From positions 25,052 to 89,051 of the forward strand of contig JAJYXT010000010.1 of assembly GCA_021801645.1 (NCBI GenBank): a stretch of 64,000 nt of DNA, written 5' to 3'. Both the position numbers and the translations under genes were made by a program. Source of the stretch: a bacterium. GTDB lineage: Bacteria > Chloroflexota > Dormibacteria > Aeolococcales > Bog-877. This document shows positions 10,480-19,610 of this stretch, in pieces (the first letter of the stretch is position 1; each line of letters starts with the position of its first letter). Below the pieces are notes generated by a model. That model searched no databases, was not told the origin of the DNA, and was given only the letters and a program-made list of their open reading frames with translations.

Positions 10480-10899
10480 ATGTCAGTTCGCAAGCTCGCC
10501 CAGCTGGTCCCACACCGCGTGGTCCACGCCCACTGCGACATCCCCTGCGGCATCTACGACCCCCACGAGGCCCAGCTGGCCGCCCAGACGGTGGAGCGGA
10601 TGGTGACCCTCATTCAGGGGCTTGCCGATCCCACCTCGGAGGCCAGCCGCAACTCCTTCGTCCGGATGGTGGAGGTGAAGGAGCTGCACGCCGAGAAGGT
10701 GAAGCGCGAAGTTCAGATCATCTGGTCCGACTACTTCAAGCCGGAGCACCTGGAGAAGTTCCCCCAGATCCACGACCTCACCTGGAAGACCCTCAAGGCG
10801 GCGTCTGCCTGCAAGCAGTCGGTGGACGCGGAGAAGGCTGCTGAGCTGCGGCGCCAGGTGGATGAATTCGCCCGGATCTTCTGGGAAACCAAGAAGTAG
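10480..10899 (+). CDS. sodN: Nickel superoxide dismutase
   Basis: Propeptide ending VVHA, then Ni-hook HCDIPCGIYDP; GGAGG RBS. Confidence 0.96.
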   Translation: MSVRKLAQLVPHRVVHAHCDIPCGIYDPHEAQLAAQTVERMVTLIQGLADPTSEASRNSFVRMVEVKELHAEKVKREVQIIWSDYFKPEHLEKFPQIHDLTWKTLKAASACKQSVDAEKAAELRRQVDEFARIFWETKK

Positions 10900-10965
10900 G
10901 GTCGCGGCGACCCTCATCCCGTGAGGGTCGGATGGGGCCCAGCCGTGGGTGGGCCGAGAGGAGAC

Positions 10966-11595
10966 GTGAGCTTGGAACAGGTCGACTTCCACTTTGATCC
11001 CATCTGCCCCTGGGCCTGGTTGACCTCGCGGTGGGCGTCCCGGCTCGAGGCGCTCGGCGAGCTCGAGGTCCGCTGGAGGTTCTTCGCCCTGGCGGTGGCC
11101 CACCTCAAGGAGGGGGACGACCCCGGTCCGGCGGCCGAGCTTTGGGGAAGTCCCGCGCTGCGGGTTCTGGCGCTGGCGCGGAGGCAAGGGGGGAACTCCG
11201 GTGTCGCCCGGCTGTACACCGCGATTGGGACGGCGGTGCATGAGGAGGGGATGTCGCTCATGGAGGACGGGACCCTGCCGCACGCCCTGGAGCGTGCCGG
11301 GATGGACCCAGCGCTCCTCGCAAAGGCGCTGAGCGACCAGACGCTCTGGGATGAGGTGCTTGCCGACCACCGGGCCGCGGTCGCCGCGTGCGAGGCCTTC
11401 GGGGTTCCCACCATCGTCCTGGACGGAGGGCGGGGCCCGGGAGCGTTCGGCCCGGTGATAACCCGTGTCCCGGAGGACCAAGAGGCGGTCGCCCTGCTGC
11501 AGGACACCGTTCGCATGCTGAGGCGCGACTACCTCTTCGAGATCAAGCGGGACCGCGAAGGGCACCCACCCCTGGTCGGAGCAGCGAGCTCCTGA
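10966..11595 (+). CDS. DsbA-like thioredoxin-fold protein (Rv2466c-like)
   Basis: FHFDPICPWAWLTSRW, FGVPTI, FGPVI, FEIKRDR. Confidence 0.85.
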   Translation: MSLEQVDFHFDPICPWAWLTSRWASRLEALGELEVRWRFFALAVAHLKEGDDPGPAAELWGSPALRVLALARRQGGNSGVARLYTAIGTAVHEEGMSLMEDGTLPHALERAGMDPALLAKALSDQTLWDEVLADHRAAVAACEAFGVPTIVLDGGRGPGAFGPVITRVPEDQEAVALLQDTVRMLRRDYLFEIKRDREGHPPLVGAASS

Positions 11596-11730
11596 ACCGT
11601 CCCACCCCGCGGTCGGGATGAGAAGAGGGAGAGGCCGGGGGCCACGGTGGTGCATTGCGGGCGGGCGGTGCCGGAGTGGCTGGCGTAGGTGGATCTTGGC
11701 CGGCCCGACCATGAGCCTGGGCGCCCGCAC

Positions 11731-12669
11731 ATGGCCCACCGAGTGACCCCACCACCGGCCTCTGGCGAGAGGCGCTCCGCGGAGATACAACTTCGGAGCG
11801 GCTCACAGCGGGCTTCGATCCGATCGACGGGCGCCACCCTGAGGAGCTACGAGTCTCACGGGCGTGAGCTGCTGGACGGCTTCGGCAGGCACGGGTGGAG
11901 CAGGGACGGACGGGGCCAGCTCCTCTTGCCGTGGCCCAACCGGATACGAGACGGCCGCTACCGCTTCGCGGGGCACAGTCATCAGCTGCCGATCTCCGAG
12001 GTGGGGCGGACCAACGCGATACACGGCCTCGTACGATGGGTCACCTGGCAGGTTGAGGAGGCTTTGCCCGAGCGGGCGCGACTATCCGTCGAGGTGTCTC
12101 CCCAGCCTGGCTACCCGTTCTGGATGCGTTTCGAGGCAGAGTACAAACTCACCATGAGGGGGCTGGAGGTCACCTTGGCGGCCCACAACCTCGGCCGCGG
12201 GCCGGCCCCATTCGGGGCGGGAGCGCACCCCTACCTCCGGCTCGCAGGCCACCTGGTTGACGATCTCCACCTCCGCCTTCCCGCTCGGCGCCGTCTGACC
12301 TCCGACAGCCAGGGGATCCCCACCGGCGAGGTGGAGGTTGGGGGGACGGAGTACGACTTCCGGGACTGGCGGCGCATCGGCCCCCTGGTGCTCGACACCT
12401 GCTTCTCCGACCTCCCCAGTGAGGGGTGGGCGGTCGAACTGGGTGTCCAGCCCGGGATCGAGCAGCTCCAGATCTGGGCGGACCGGTCCTTCCCCTATGT
12501 CATGGTCTACAGCGGGGACGGGGTGAGCCCCCCTGGTCGCCGCCGCGCCGGGCTCGCCGTGGAGCCGATGACCTGCGCCCCCGACGCCTTCAATTCCGGA
12601 CTCGGCCTCCTGGTGCTAGGCCCGGGTGAGACCTTCCGCGGCAGCTGGGGGGTGTCACATGGCGGGTGA
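11731..12669 (+). CDS. Aldose 1-epimerase family protein
   Basis: LLPWPNRIRDGRY, AIHGLV, FGAGAHPY, AVEPMTCAPDAFNSG; start approximate. Confidence 0.88.
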   Translation: MAHRVTPPPASGERRSAEIQLRSGSQRASIRSTGATLRSYESHGRELLDGFGRHGWSRDGRGQLLLPWPNRIRDGRYRFAGHSHQLPISEVGRTNAIHGLVRWVTWQVEEALPERARLSVEVSPQPGYPFWMRFEAEYKLTMRGLEVTLAAHNLGRGPAPFGAGAHPYLRLAGHLVDDLHLRLPARRRLTSDSQGIPTGEVEVGGTEYDFRDWRRIGPLVLDTCFSDLPSEGWAVELGVQPGIEQLQIWADRSFPYVMVYSGDGVSPPGRRRAGLAVEPMTCAPDAFNSGLGLLVLGPGETFRGSWGVSHGG

Positions 12670-14080
12670 CGCCACGGTCCCCGAGACTTCCAGAGACGCC
12701 AGGCCATCTGGCGACCGGTCAACTCCTCCCTGGCCCGTCGGCCCGCGGCCGGTGCTGATGATGGACCTGTACGAGCTGACCATGGCCCAGGCCTTCTGGT
12801 CGGCCGGAATGGCGGAGCTGCCCTCCACCTTCAGCCTCTTCACCCGGTCTCTCCCCAGGCGGCGGGGGTATCTGGTGGCCGCCGGGCTGGACGACTGCCT
12901 CTCCTGGCTCGAGCGGCTCTCCTTCGGCCCGCAGGAGCTGAGCTCGCTCGAGCAACTGGGCATCTTCCCCACCAAGTTCCTCGACTGGCTGGGCGACCTG
13001 CGCTTCCAGGGGGATGTCCGTGCTGTCCGGGAGGGCACCGTGGTCTTCCCCGACGAGCCGCTCCTGGAGGTAGACGCGCCCCTGGCGGTCGCCCAGATGG
13101 CCGAGACCTACCTCCTCAACCAGGCCACCGTCCAGACGACCCTCGCCACCAAGGTGTCCCGCTGCCGCCAGGCCGCCCGGGGCCGCCCCCTGGCTGAGTT
13201 CGGATTCCGCCACGCCCAGGGGCTGGACGCCGGCATGAAGGTGGCCCGGGTCTGCCGGCTGGTGGGGGTCGAGGCCACCAGCAACGTCGCCGGGGCCCTG
13301 GAGTACGGGCTGGGGGTTTCGGGCACCATGGCGCACTCCTTCGTCCAGGCACATGAGGATGAGGTCAGCGCCCTCCGCAACCTGGCTGAGGCCCTCGGGC
13401 CTCGCGCCACCCTCCTGGTCGACACCTTCAACACGGAGCGCGGCATCGCGGCGGCCGTTCAGGTGGCTAGCGAGATGCGCGTGCGGGGGGTGGAGGTCGC
13501 TGCCATCCGGCTTGACTCCGGGGATCTGGACCAGCTCTCCCGCCTCGCGCGCCACGCCCTGGACGGGGCGGGACTCTTCACGGTGAAGGTGATCGTCACA
13601 GGGGGGCTGGACGAGTACCGGATCGCCGAGCTCACCGCCGGCCCCGATCCAGCCCCAATCGACAGCTTCGGGGTGGGATCGGCGATGGTGGTGTCCGCCG
13701 ACGCGCCCCTAACCGACACCGTCTACAAGCTGGTCTCCTGCAGCGGGCGGCCGGTGCGCAAGACCTCCTCGGGAAAGGTCACCCTGCCCGGGCCCAAGCA
13801 GGTCTGGCGGTCTCCGGGGTTCGCCGGGGACCTGCTGGCGCTGCGGGACGAGGCCGCCCCGTCGGACGCACATCGCCCCCTCCTGGAGCTGGTCATGCGA
13901 GAGGGGCAGCGGACTGAGGCGGGTCGGCGGTCCCTGGCGGAGTCGAGCTCCCACCACGCCGGAGAGATCGCCTCGCTGCCAGCCGAGCTGACGGACCTGG
14001 AAGCCCCGGCGCCCTTCCCGCTGCGCCTGTCGCCAGAGCTGGAGGCCCTCGTGGCTCGGATGGACCGCTCCCAGATCTGA
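12659..14080 (+). CDS. pncB: Nicotinate phosphoribosyltransferase
   Basis: DLYELTMAQ, EFGFRHAQ, ATSNV, GTMAHS, LVDTF, IRLDSGD, VYKL. Confidence 0.93.
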   Translation: MAGDATVPETSRDARPSGDRSTPPWPVGPRPVLMMDLYELTMAQAFWSAGMAELPSTFSLFTRSLPRRRGYLVAAGLDDCLSWLERLSFGPQELSSLEQLGIFPTKFLDWLGDLRFQGDVRAVREGTVVFPDEPLLEVDAPLAVAQMAETYLLNQATVQTTLATKVSRCRQAARGRPLAEFGFRHAQGLDAGMKVARVCRLVGVEATSNVAGALEYGLGVSGTMAHSFVQAHEDEVSALRNLAEALGPRATLLVDTFNTERGIAAAVQVASEMRVRGVEVAAIRLDSGDLDQLSRLARHALDGAGLFTVKVIVTGGLDEYRIAELTAGPDPAPIDSFGVGSAMVVSADAPLTDTVYKLVSCSGRPVRKTSSGKVTLPGPKQVWRSPGFAGDLLALRDEAAPSDAHRPLLELVMREGQRTEAGRRSLAESSSHHAGEIASLPAELTDLEAPAPFPLRLSPELEALVARMDRSQI

Positions 14081-14219
14081 GAGGTAGACCGGCGTGCGTC
14101 CCCGTTTGTGCCCCTGGCGCATACAGACGGCGCCAACTTTGTGTGCTTTGCCCATTGGCTGTCGACCAGCGCGGCGGTTATGTTCCGCGGGATCAATCCA
14201 CCCCTGAAGGAGTGACCAC

Positions 14220-15656
14220 GTGGACGTAGCTGTCGACGAGGCGGCGCTGGGTAGCGCCGCCGAAGGACACCAGCTCAAGGCTAATGTCTTGAGCCTCTTC
14301 GACTCGGTGGTCATGGGCGTCGCCGGGGTGGCGCCGGGCTATTCGATCGCGGCCAGCACGGCGGTGCTCTTCGGGGCGGTGGCGCTCAGCGGTCCGGGGT
14401 CGCTCCTCTACTGCGGGATCGCCATGTTCGGGATCGTCTGGGCATTCAACTACCTGGGTCGGGTGGATGCCAACGCCGGCGCCAGCTATGCCTGGGTCCG
14501 GCGGGCCCTCATCCCCCAGCTCGGCTACGTGGCGGGGTGGGCCCTAGTGGTCTCCGCCCTCCTGTTCATGGTGGCGGGATCCTTCCCCGCCGGCGCCGTC
14601 ACCCTGGGCCTCATCTCCAGCAGCCTCGCCAACAACACCCTGGCGGTGACCACGGTGGGCGCCCTCTTCTTCACCCTGATGGTGGTGGCGGTGCTGATCG
14701 GGGTGCGGATCACAGCCCGCCTCCAGGTCATGATGTCCACGGTGGAGCTGGCCATCCTGCTCCTCTTCGCGATCCTGGCCTTCGCCCACGGCGGCACCGC
14801 CCACGCCTTCAGCTGGTCCTGGGTCTCGCCGACCAGCTTCCATGGCATCAACGGCTTCTTCGCCGGAGCACTGGTGGCCGCCTTCTACTACTGGGGCTGG
14901 GACACCACCGCCAACCTCAGCGAGGAGACCAAGGAGGCCAAGGTAACGCCCGGCTTCGGCGGGATCTTCGGGGTGATCGTGGTCTTCGCCCTGTTCATGG
15001 CCTTCACCATCGGCTCGAACATGGTGCTCACGGCCAGCCAGGTGAGCCACAACAGCGCCGACGTGTTGGACGTTCTGGGCCAGACCGTCTGGCCGGGTGC
15101 CGGCGGCAAGCTGATCGTCCTGGCGGTCATCCTCTCCACCGTGGCGACCCTGGAGACCACCCTCATCCAGGTGACCCGCACGCTGTTCGCCATGGGCCGC
15201 GATGGCACCCTGCCCCGGTCCCTGGGCAAGATCCACCCCACCTGGAGGACGCCCTGGGTGGCCACGGTGGTGATCGCGGTGGTCTCGGTCGGTCTCTTCG
15301 TCGCCTCCAACTACGTGGGCAGCGTCTCCACCATCCTCACTGACGCCATCAACGCCATCGGCCTGCAGATCACCGTGTACTACGGGCTGGCCGGGCTCTC
15401 GGTGGTGGTCCTCTACCGCCGCCAGCTGTTCCGCTCCAAGTCCAACTTCCTCTTCATGGGGTTGTGGCCGCTGGTGGGAGCGATTTTCATGTTCGTGATG
15501 TTCGGGGAGTCCATCCCCAACCTCTCCCCCACCGCCGACGCCGTGGGCCTGGGAGCGCTGGCCCTGGGCCTAATCCCCATGGGCTACTACTGGGCACGGC
15601 GCAACCCCTACTTCAACCGCGTCCTCCCCGAGGAGAGGCTGGCACCGGAGGCCTGA
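14220..15656 (+). CDS. APC-family amino acid/polyamine permease
   Basis: Many TM helices; APGYSIA, YYWGWD, LSEETK, RTLFAMGRDG; AAGGAG RBS. Confidence 0.9.
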   Translation: MDVAVDEAALGSAAEGHQLKANVLSLFDSVVMGVAGVAPGYSIAASTAVLFGAVALSGPGSLLYCGIAMFGIVWAFNYLGRVDANAGASYAWVRRALIPQLGYVAGWALVVSALLFMVAGSFPAGAVTLGLISSSLANNTLAVTTVGALFFTLMVVAVLIGVRITARLQVMMSTVELAILLLFAILAFAHGGTAHAFSWSWVSPTSFHGINGFFAGALVAAFYYWGWDTTANLSEETKEAKVTPGFGGIFGVIVVFALFMAFTIGSNMVLTASQVSHNSADVLDVLGQTVWPGAGGKLIVLAVILSTVATLETTLIQVTRTLFAMGRDGTLPRSLGKIHPTWRTPWVATVVIAVVSVGLFVASNYVGSVSTILTDAINAIGLQITVYYGLAGLSVVVLYRRQLFRSKSNFLFMGLWPLVGAIFMFVMFGESIPNLSPTADAVGLGALALGLIPMGYYWARRNPYFNRVLPEERLAPEA

Positions 15657-15659
15657 GCC

Positions 15660-15695
15660 CTGGAGGAGGCGGGGCCACAGCCCCGCCTCCTCCAG
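15660..15695. terminator. Perfect 16-bp hairpin between convergent genes
   Basis: CTGGAGGAGGCGGGGC-CACA-GCCCCGCCTCCTCCAG; no U-tract. Confidence 0.65.
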
Positions 15696-15696
15696 C

Positions 15697-16668
15697 TCAA
15701 CCTCCGATCGCCCGGTCGATCTCGGCCATGACCGCTCCGTCCAGGTGGGGCAGCACCTCCAGAGCGGCGAGGTTCTCCAGCACCTGCTCCCGCCGGGTCG
15801 CCCCGGTGATCACCGACGACACCCGCGGATTGGCGGCGCACCAGGCGATGGCCAGCTGGGCGGTGCTGCAGCCGAGCCGCTGGGCCACCTCACCCAGCCG
15901 GCGGGCTGCGGCGTTGCGGGCTGGGTCGGTCAGCTCCGGCCGCAGCCAGTCGTACCCGGCGATGGTTGCCCGGCTCCCCTCAGGCACGCCATCGACGTAC
16001 TTCCCGGTGAGGACACCGGAGGCCAGCGGGCTCCAGGTGGTGAGCCCCAGGCCGAAGTCCTCGATGAGGCGCCGGTACTCCACCTCGACACGCTCCCGGG
16101 CCAGGAGGTTGTACTGAGGCTGCTCCATCACCGGCTTGCGGAGGTGGTGGCGCTCGGCGATCTCCAGCGCCGCCCGGATGTCGTCCGCCGGCCATTCCGA
16201 CGTGCCCCAGTAGAGCGCCCGACCGCTCGACACCAGGTCGTGCATCGCCCACACGGTCTCCTCCACCGGGGTCTCGGGATCCGGCCGGTGGCAGAAGAGG
16301 AGGTCCACGAAGCGGAGCTGAAGCCGCTCCAGGGAGCCCTCCAGGGCCTGGAAGAGGTACTTGCGGTTCAGCGTCCTCGTGGTGTTGACCCCGCCATCGA
16401 TCCCCCAGTAGAGCTTGGTGGACACCACCACCTGGGAGCGGGGCCAACCGGCCCGCCGAAGCACCCGGCCGAGGATCTCCTCAGCGCGTCCCCCGGCGTA
16501 CACCTCCGCCGAGTCGAAGAAGTTCACGCCCCCTTCGTACGCCGCCTCCATGCAGCTGAGCGCCAGATCCTCGTCCACCTGGTTGCCGAAGGTCACCCAG
16601 GAGCCCAGTGACAGCAGGCTCACCTTGAGCCCTGAGCGCCCCAACCGCCGGTAGGTCATGTTCGCCAA
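15697..16668 (-). CDS. Aldo/keto reductase (Kv-beta-like subfamily)
   Basis: [47 protein letters not shown] start after GGAGG. Confidence 0.92.
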   Translation of the reverse strand: MANMTYRRLGRSGLKVSLLSLGSWVTFGNQVDEDLALSCMEAAYEGGVNFFDSAEVYAGGRAEEILGRVLRRAGWPRSQVVVSTKLYWGIDGGVNTTRTLNRKYLFQALEGSLERLQLRFVDLLFCHRPDPETPVEETVWAMHDLVSSGRALYWGTSEWPADDIRAALEIAERHHLRKPVMEQPQYNLLARERVEVEYRRLIEDFGLGLTTWSPLASGVLTGKYVDGVPEGSRATIAGYDWLRPELTDPARNAAARRLGEVAQRLGCSTAQLAIAWCAANPRVSSVITGATRREQVLENLAALEVLPHLDGAVMAEIDRAIGG

Positions 16669-16728
16669 GTTCCACCTCCCACATCACCTGCTGCTCACCA
16701 GAAACGAGGGTACCGGGAGGGAGGGGAC

Positions 16729-17916
16729 CTACCCGGGAAGCGAACTCAACCAGTCCCGTAGCTCCTCCGAGTGCTCTCCCAGCCCAGGGGCGGCGCGGCG
16801 GTAGGTCACCGGGGTGCGGGAGAGCACGATGGGATCGGCCACCGCCCGGTCCGGAGCCGAGCCCGCACGAGGAAGCTGGACCACGGGCCCGAGGCCGTAC
16901 CCTTCGGCGAGGGCCAGAGCCTCCTGCACGTTGTTCACGGGTCCGCAGGGAATCCCCCGCTCGGAGAGCACGGGGACCCATTCGGCAGCCGGGCGCCGGC
17001 CCAGGGCCGTCTCCAGCTCCCGCCGCAGCTGATCGCGATTGCTGACCCGGGCGGGATTGGTGGCGAAGCGGGGATCCGCTGCCAGGTCCTCCCGCTCCAG
17101 CGCTGCGCAGAGCGCTCGGAACTGCCGATCGTTGCCGACCGCCAGGGCGAGCGGGCGGTCCATCGTCTCCAGGAGCTCGTAGGGCGCCACGCTGGGATGG
17201 CGGTTGCCCATCGGCTCGGGAACGACCCCCGCCATCACGACGGAGGACGCCTGGTTGACCAGGGACGACAGCAGAGTGGAGAGGAGGTTCAGGGAGATCA
17301 GCTGGCCCCTCCCGCTCCGGTCGCGCTCCCGAAGGGCGGCCAGGACCGCCACCGCGCCGTGGAGCCCCGTGAGCACATCCACCAGGGCCACGCCGGCCTT
17401 AGTCGGCGAGTCCGGTGCCGGCCCGGTGACGCTCATCAGTCCGCCCACGGCCTGGACCAGCAGGTCGTATCCGGGAAGGCTGCGGCCCTCCCCGGCACCG
17501 AATCCGCTGATCGAACAGTAGACGATCCGGGGGTGAAGTCGGGAGAGCTGCTCGTAGCCCAGCCCCAGGCGCTCCATGGTTCCGGGACGGAAGTTCTCGA
17601 CCACCACGTCCGCCCGGGCCACCAGCCGGCGCGCCACCGTCCGGTCGGCCTCCTCCCCGAGATCCAGAACGAGAGAGCGCTTGTTGCGATTCACCGAGAG
17701 GAAGTAGGTGCTGCGCCCCTCCGCGTCCCAGGGTGGGCCCCAGTGTCGGGCGTCGTCGCCCCCGTCCGGGCGCTCCACCTTGATCACATCGGCTCCCAGG
17801 TCGCCGAGCAGCATGGTGAGATAGGGGCCGGCCAGAACCCGGCTGAAGTCGGCCACCACGAGGCCCCCGAGGGGCCCCACCTCCCCCGGGGTCGCAACTG
17901 GATCCAGGTCTGGCAC
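16729..17916 (-). CDS. CaiB/BaiF family CoA transferase (class III)
   Basis: DFSRVLAGP, DLGADVIKVE, NRNKRS, ENFRPG, APGLGEH. Confidence 0.92.
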   Translation of the reverse strand: MPDLDPVATPGEVGPLGGLVVADFSRVLAGPYLTMLLGDLGADVIKVERPDGGDDARHWGPPWDAEGRSTYFLSVNRNKRSLVLDLGEEADRTVARRLVARADVVVENFRPGTMERLGLGYEQLSRLHPRIVYCSISGFGAGEGRSLPGYDLLVQAVGGLMSVTGPAPDSPTKAGVALVDVLTGLHGAVAVLAALRERDRSGRGQLISLNLLSTLLSSLVNQASSVVMAGVVPEPMGNRHPSVAPYELLETMDRPLALAVGNDRQFRALCAALEREDLAADPRFATNPARVSNRDQLRRELETALGRRPAAEWVPVLSERGIPCGPVNNVQEALALAEGYGLGPVVQLPRAGSAPDRAVADPIVLSRTPVTYRRAAPGLGEHSEELRDWLSSLPG

Positions 17917-18047
17917 CAGTCGACCTTGCTGGGAACCGCCAGGCGCTGTCAAGGTGATCGGAGGGGCGCACCCGCGCCTCAGCCCTCGCGGTGCCCGCGC
18001 TTCAGCGTGGGGCGAGTTCATCGTCAGCCCCGCGTACGATGGAGCGA

Positions 18048-18129
18048 GTGGCGCAGGGTGTCTGTCCCGCCGGACTGAGAGCACACCCGTAGAACCTCAT
18101 CTAGCTGGCACTGGCGAAGGGAAGTCATG
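18048..18129 (+). promoter_or_regulatory. TPP riboswitch (variant), aptamer overlapping the thiM RBS and start
   Basis: GGGTGTC...GACTGAGA...CACCC...GAACCT(C)ATC-TAG...CTGGCGAAGGGA; TACGAT -10 box at 18035-18040; directly upstream of thiM. Confidence 0.85.
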
Positions 18130-18906
18130 ACCGAGCCCACCTGGAATCCCGCCCTGCGAGCAGTGGTGACCGGGTCACCCCTGGTCCACTGCCTCACCAA
18201 CATCGTGGTCGCGGGCTTCACCGCCAACGTCCTTCTGGCCCTGGGTGCCTCCCCGGCGATGGTCGAGAATGCCGAGGAGGCTGGGCCGTTTGCCAGGGTG
18301 GCTGGGGCGGTGCTGGTCAATCTGGGGACCCTGAGCGGCGAGCGGGAGGCGGCCATGCGCGCAGCGGCAGCTGGGGCGCACAGCGCCGCCCGGCCCTGGG
18401 TCCTCGACCCGGTCGCCGTCGGGGCGCTCGAGCACCGCACCCTCCTGGCTCATGAACTCCTTAACCACCGGCCAGCCATCATCCGCGGCAACGCATCTGA
18501 GATCGCCAGCCTGGCCGGCGTGTCCGGAGCTGCCGGCCGCGGGGTGGACTCCAAGGTGGGCTCGGCGGCGGCTGTCCGACCAGCCCAGGAGCTGGCGAGG
18601 GCAAGTGGGGCGGTGGTGGCGGTGAGTGGGGCCGTCGACTACGTGACAGATGGCCAGCAGGTGCTGGAGGTTTCTGGGGGAGACATCCTCATGACGAGAG
18701 TTACGGGGGTTGGGTGCGCGCTGGGGGCGGTGATGGCCGCCATCCTGGCGGTGGGCAGCGACCCGCTCCGAGCTGCCCAGGACGCCTCCGCAATCCTCAA
18801 GGAGGCGGGAAATCGGGCCGCCTCCCCCCCGCCCCCGGGGCCTGGGACCTACGCCGTCCGACTCCTCGACTCCCTGGGAGCCCTGGCCCTGGAGGCGTCC
18901 TCCTGA
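18127..18906 (+). CDS. thiM: Hydroxyethylthiazole kinase
   Basis: PLVHCLTN.V...FTAN.LLALGASPAM, NLGTL, VLDPVAVG, IRGNASEI, VTGVGC. Confidence 0.95.
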   Translation: MTEPTWNPALRAVVTGSPLVHCLTNIVVAGFTANVLLALGASPAMVENAEEAGPFARVAGAVLVNLGTLSGEREAAMRAAAAGAHSAARPWVLDPVAVGALEHRTLLAHELLNHRPAIIRGNASEIASLAGVSGAAGRGVDSKVGSAAAVRPAQELARASGAVVAVSGAVDYVTDGQQVLEVSGGDILMTRVTGVGCALGAVMAAILAVGSDPLRAAQDASAILKEAGNRAASPPPPGPGTYAVRLLDSLGALALEASS

Positions 18907-19040
18907 CTCGCGGCCGCGTGGGGGCTTGGGATGGCGCGTCGGTGACCCGGCCTGGCTAGGAGCCCAGCCCGGAGGGGCGAGCACCCGGGCGCGCCAGGCT
19001 CTATTGTTGTGGCGCAAGTTCTGGCTTTCAGTGGAGCCCC

Positions 19041-19526
19041 ATGTTTAGCTTCCCCAACCCCGTGAATGAGGTGGCCAGCCGAGTGGTGGCCTCGGGCGTG
19101 GTACTGGTCGCCACCCTGGCACTGGCGCTGCAGCTGCCCTGGGTGAGCGCGATCCTCGCCTATGGCTTCCTGGCCCGGGTGGCCACCGGTCCCCGGCTCA
19201 GCCCGCTGGGGCAGCTGGCCACCCGCTGGGTCGCACCTCGGCTCAGCGCCTCGCCGCGGCTCGTGCCCGGTCCTCCCAAGCGCTTCGCCCAGGGGATCGG
19301 GGCGGTGCTGACGGTGGCGGCGACAGCCGCCTGGTTTGGACTTCACGCGGCCACCCTGGCGTACGCGCTCCTTGCGGTGCTCTTGGCCGCGGCCTTTCTC
19401 GAGGCCGCCTTCGCCTTCTGCCTGGGGTGCTGGATGTTCTCCCGACTGATGGCCGTGGGCTTGATCCCCGCCTCGGTGTGCGCCTCCTGCATGGACATCA
19501 GACGCCGCCGTCCGGCGGACGTCTAG
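19041..19526 (+). CDS. DUF4395-like membrane protein
   Basis: FPNPVNE, PPKRFAQGIG, LEAAFAFCLGC. Confidence 0.8.
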   Translation: MFSFPNPVNEVASRVVASGVVLVATLALALQLPWVSAILAYGFLARVATGPRLSPLGQLATRWVAPRLSASPRLVPGPPKRFAQGIGAVLTVAATAAWFGLHAATLAYALLAVLLAAAFLEAAFAFCLGCWMFSRLMAVGLIPASVCASCMDIRRRRPADV

Positions 19527-19610
19527 CCAGCCGCTTCCGGGCGGCCAGGGGCTGGCCCGCACTGGGCGCGTTCAGCTCCAGGGCGGGTACGGGGCCTAAG
19601 ATCGCTGGGC

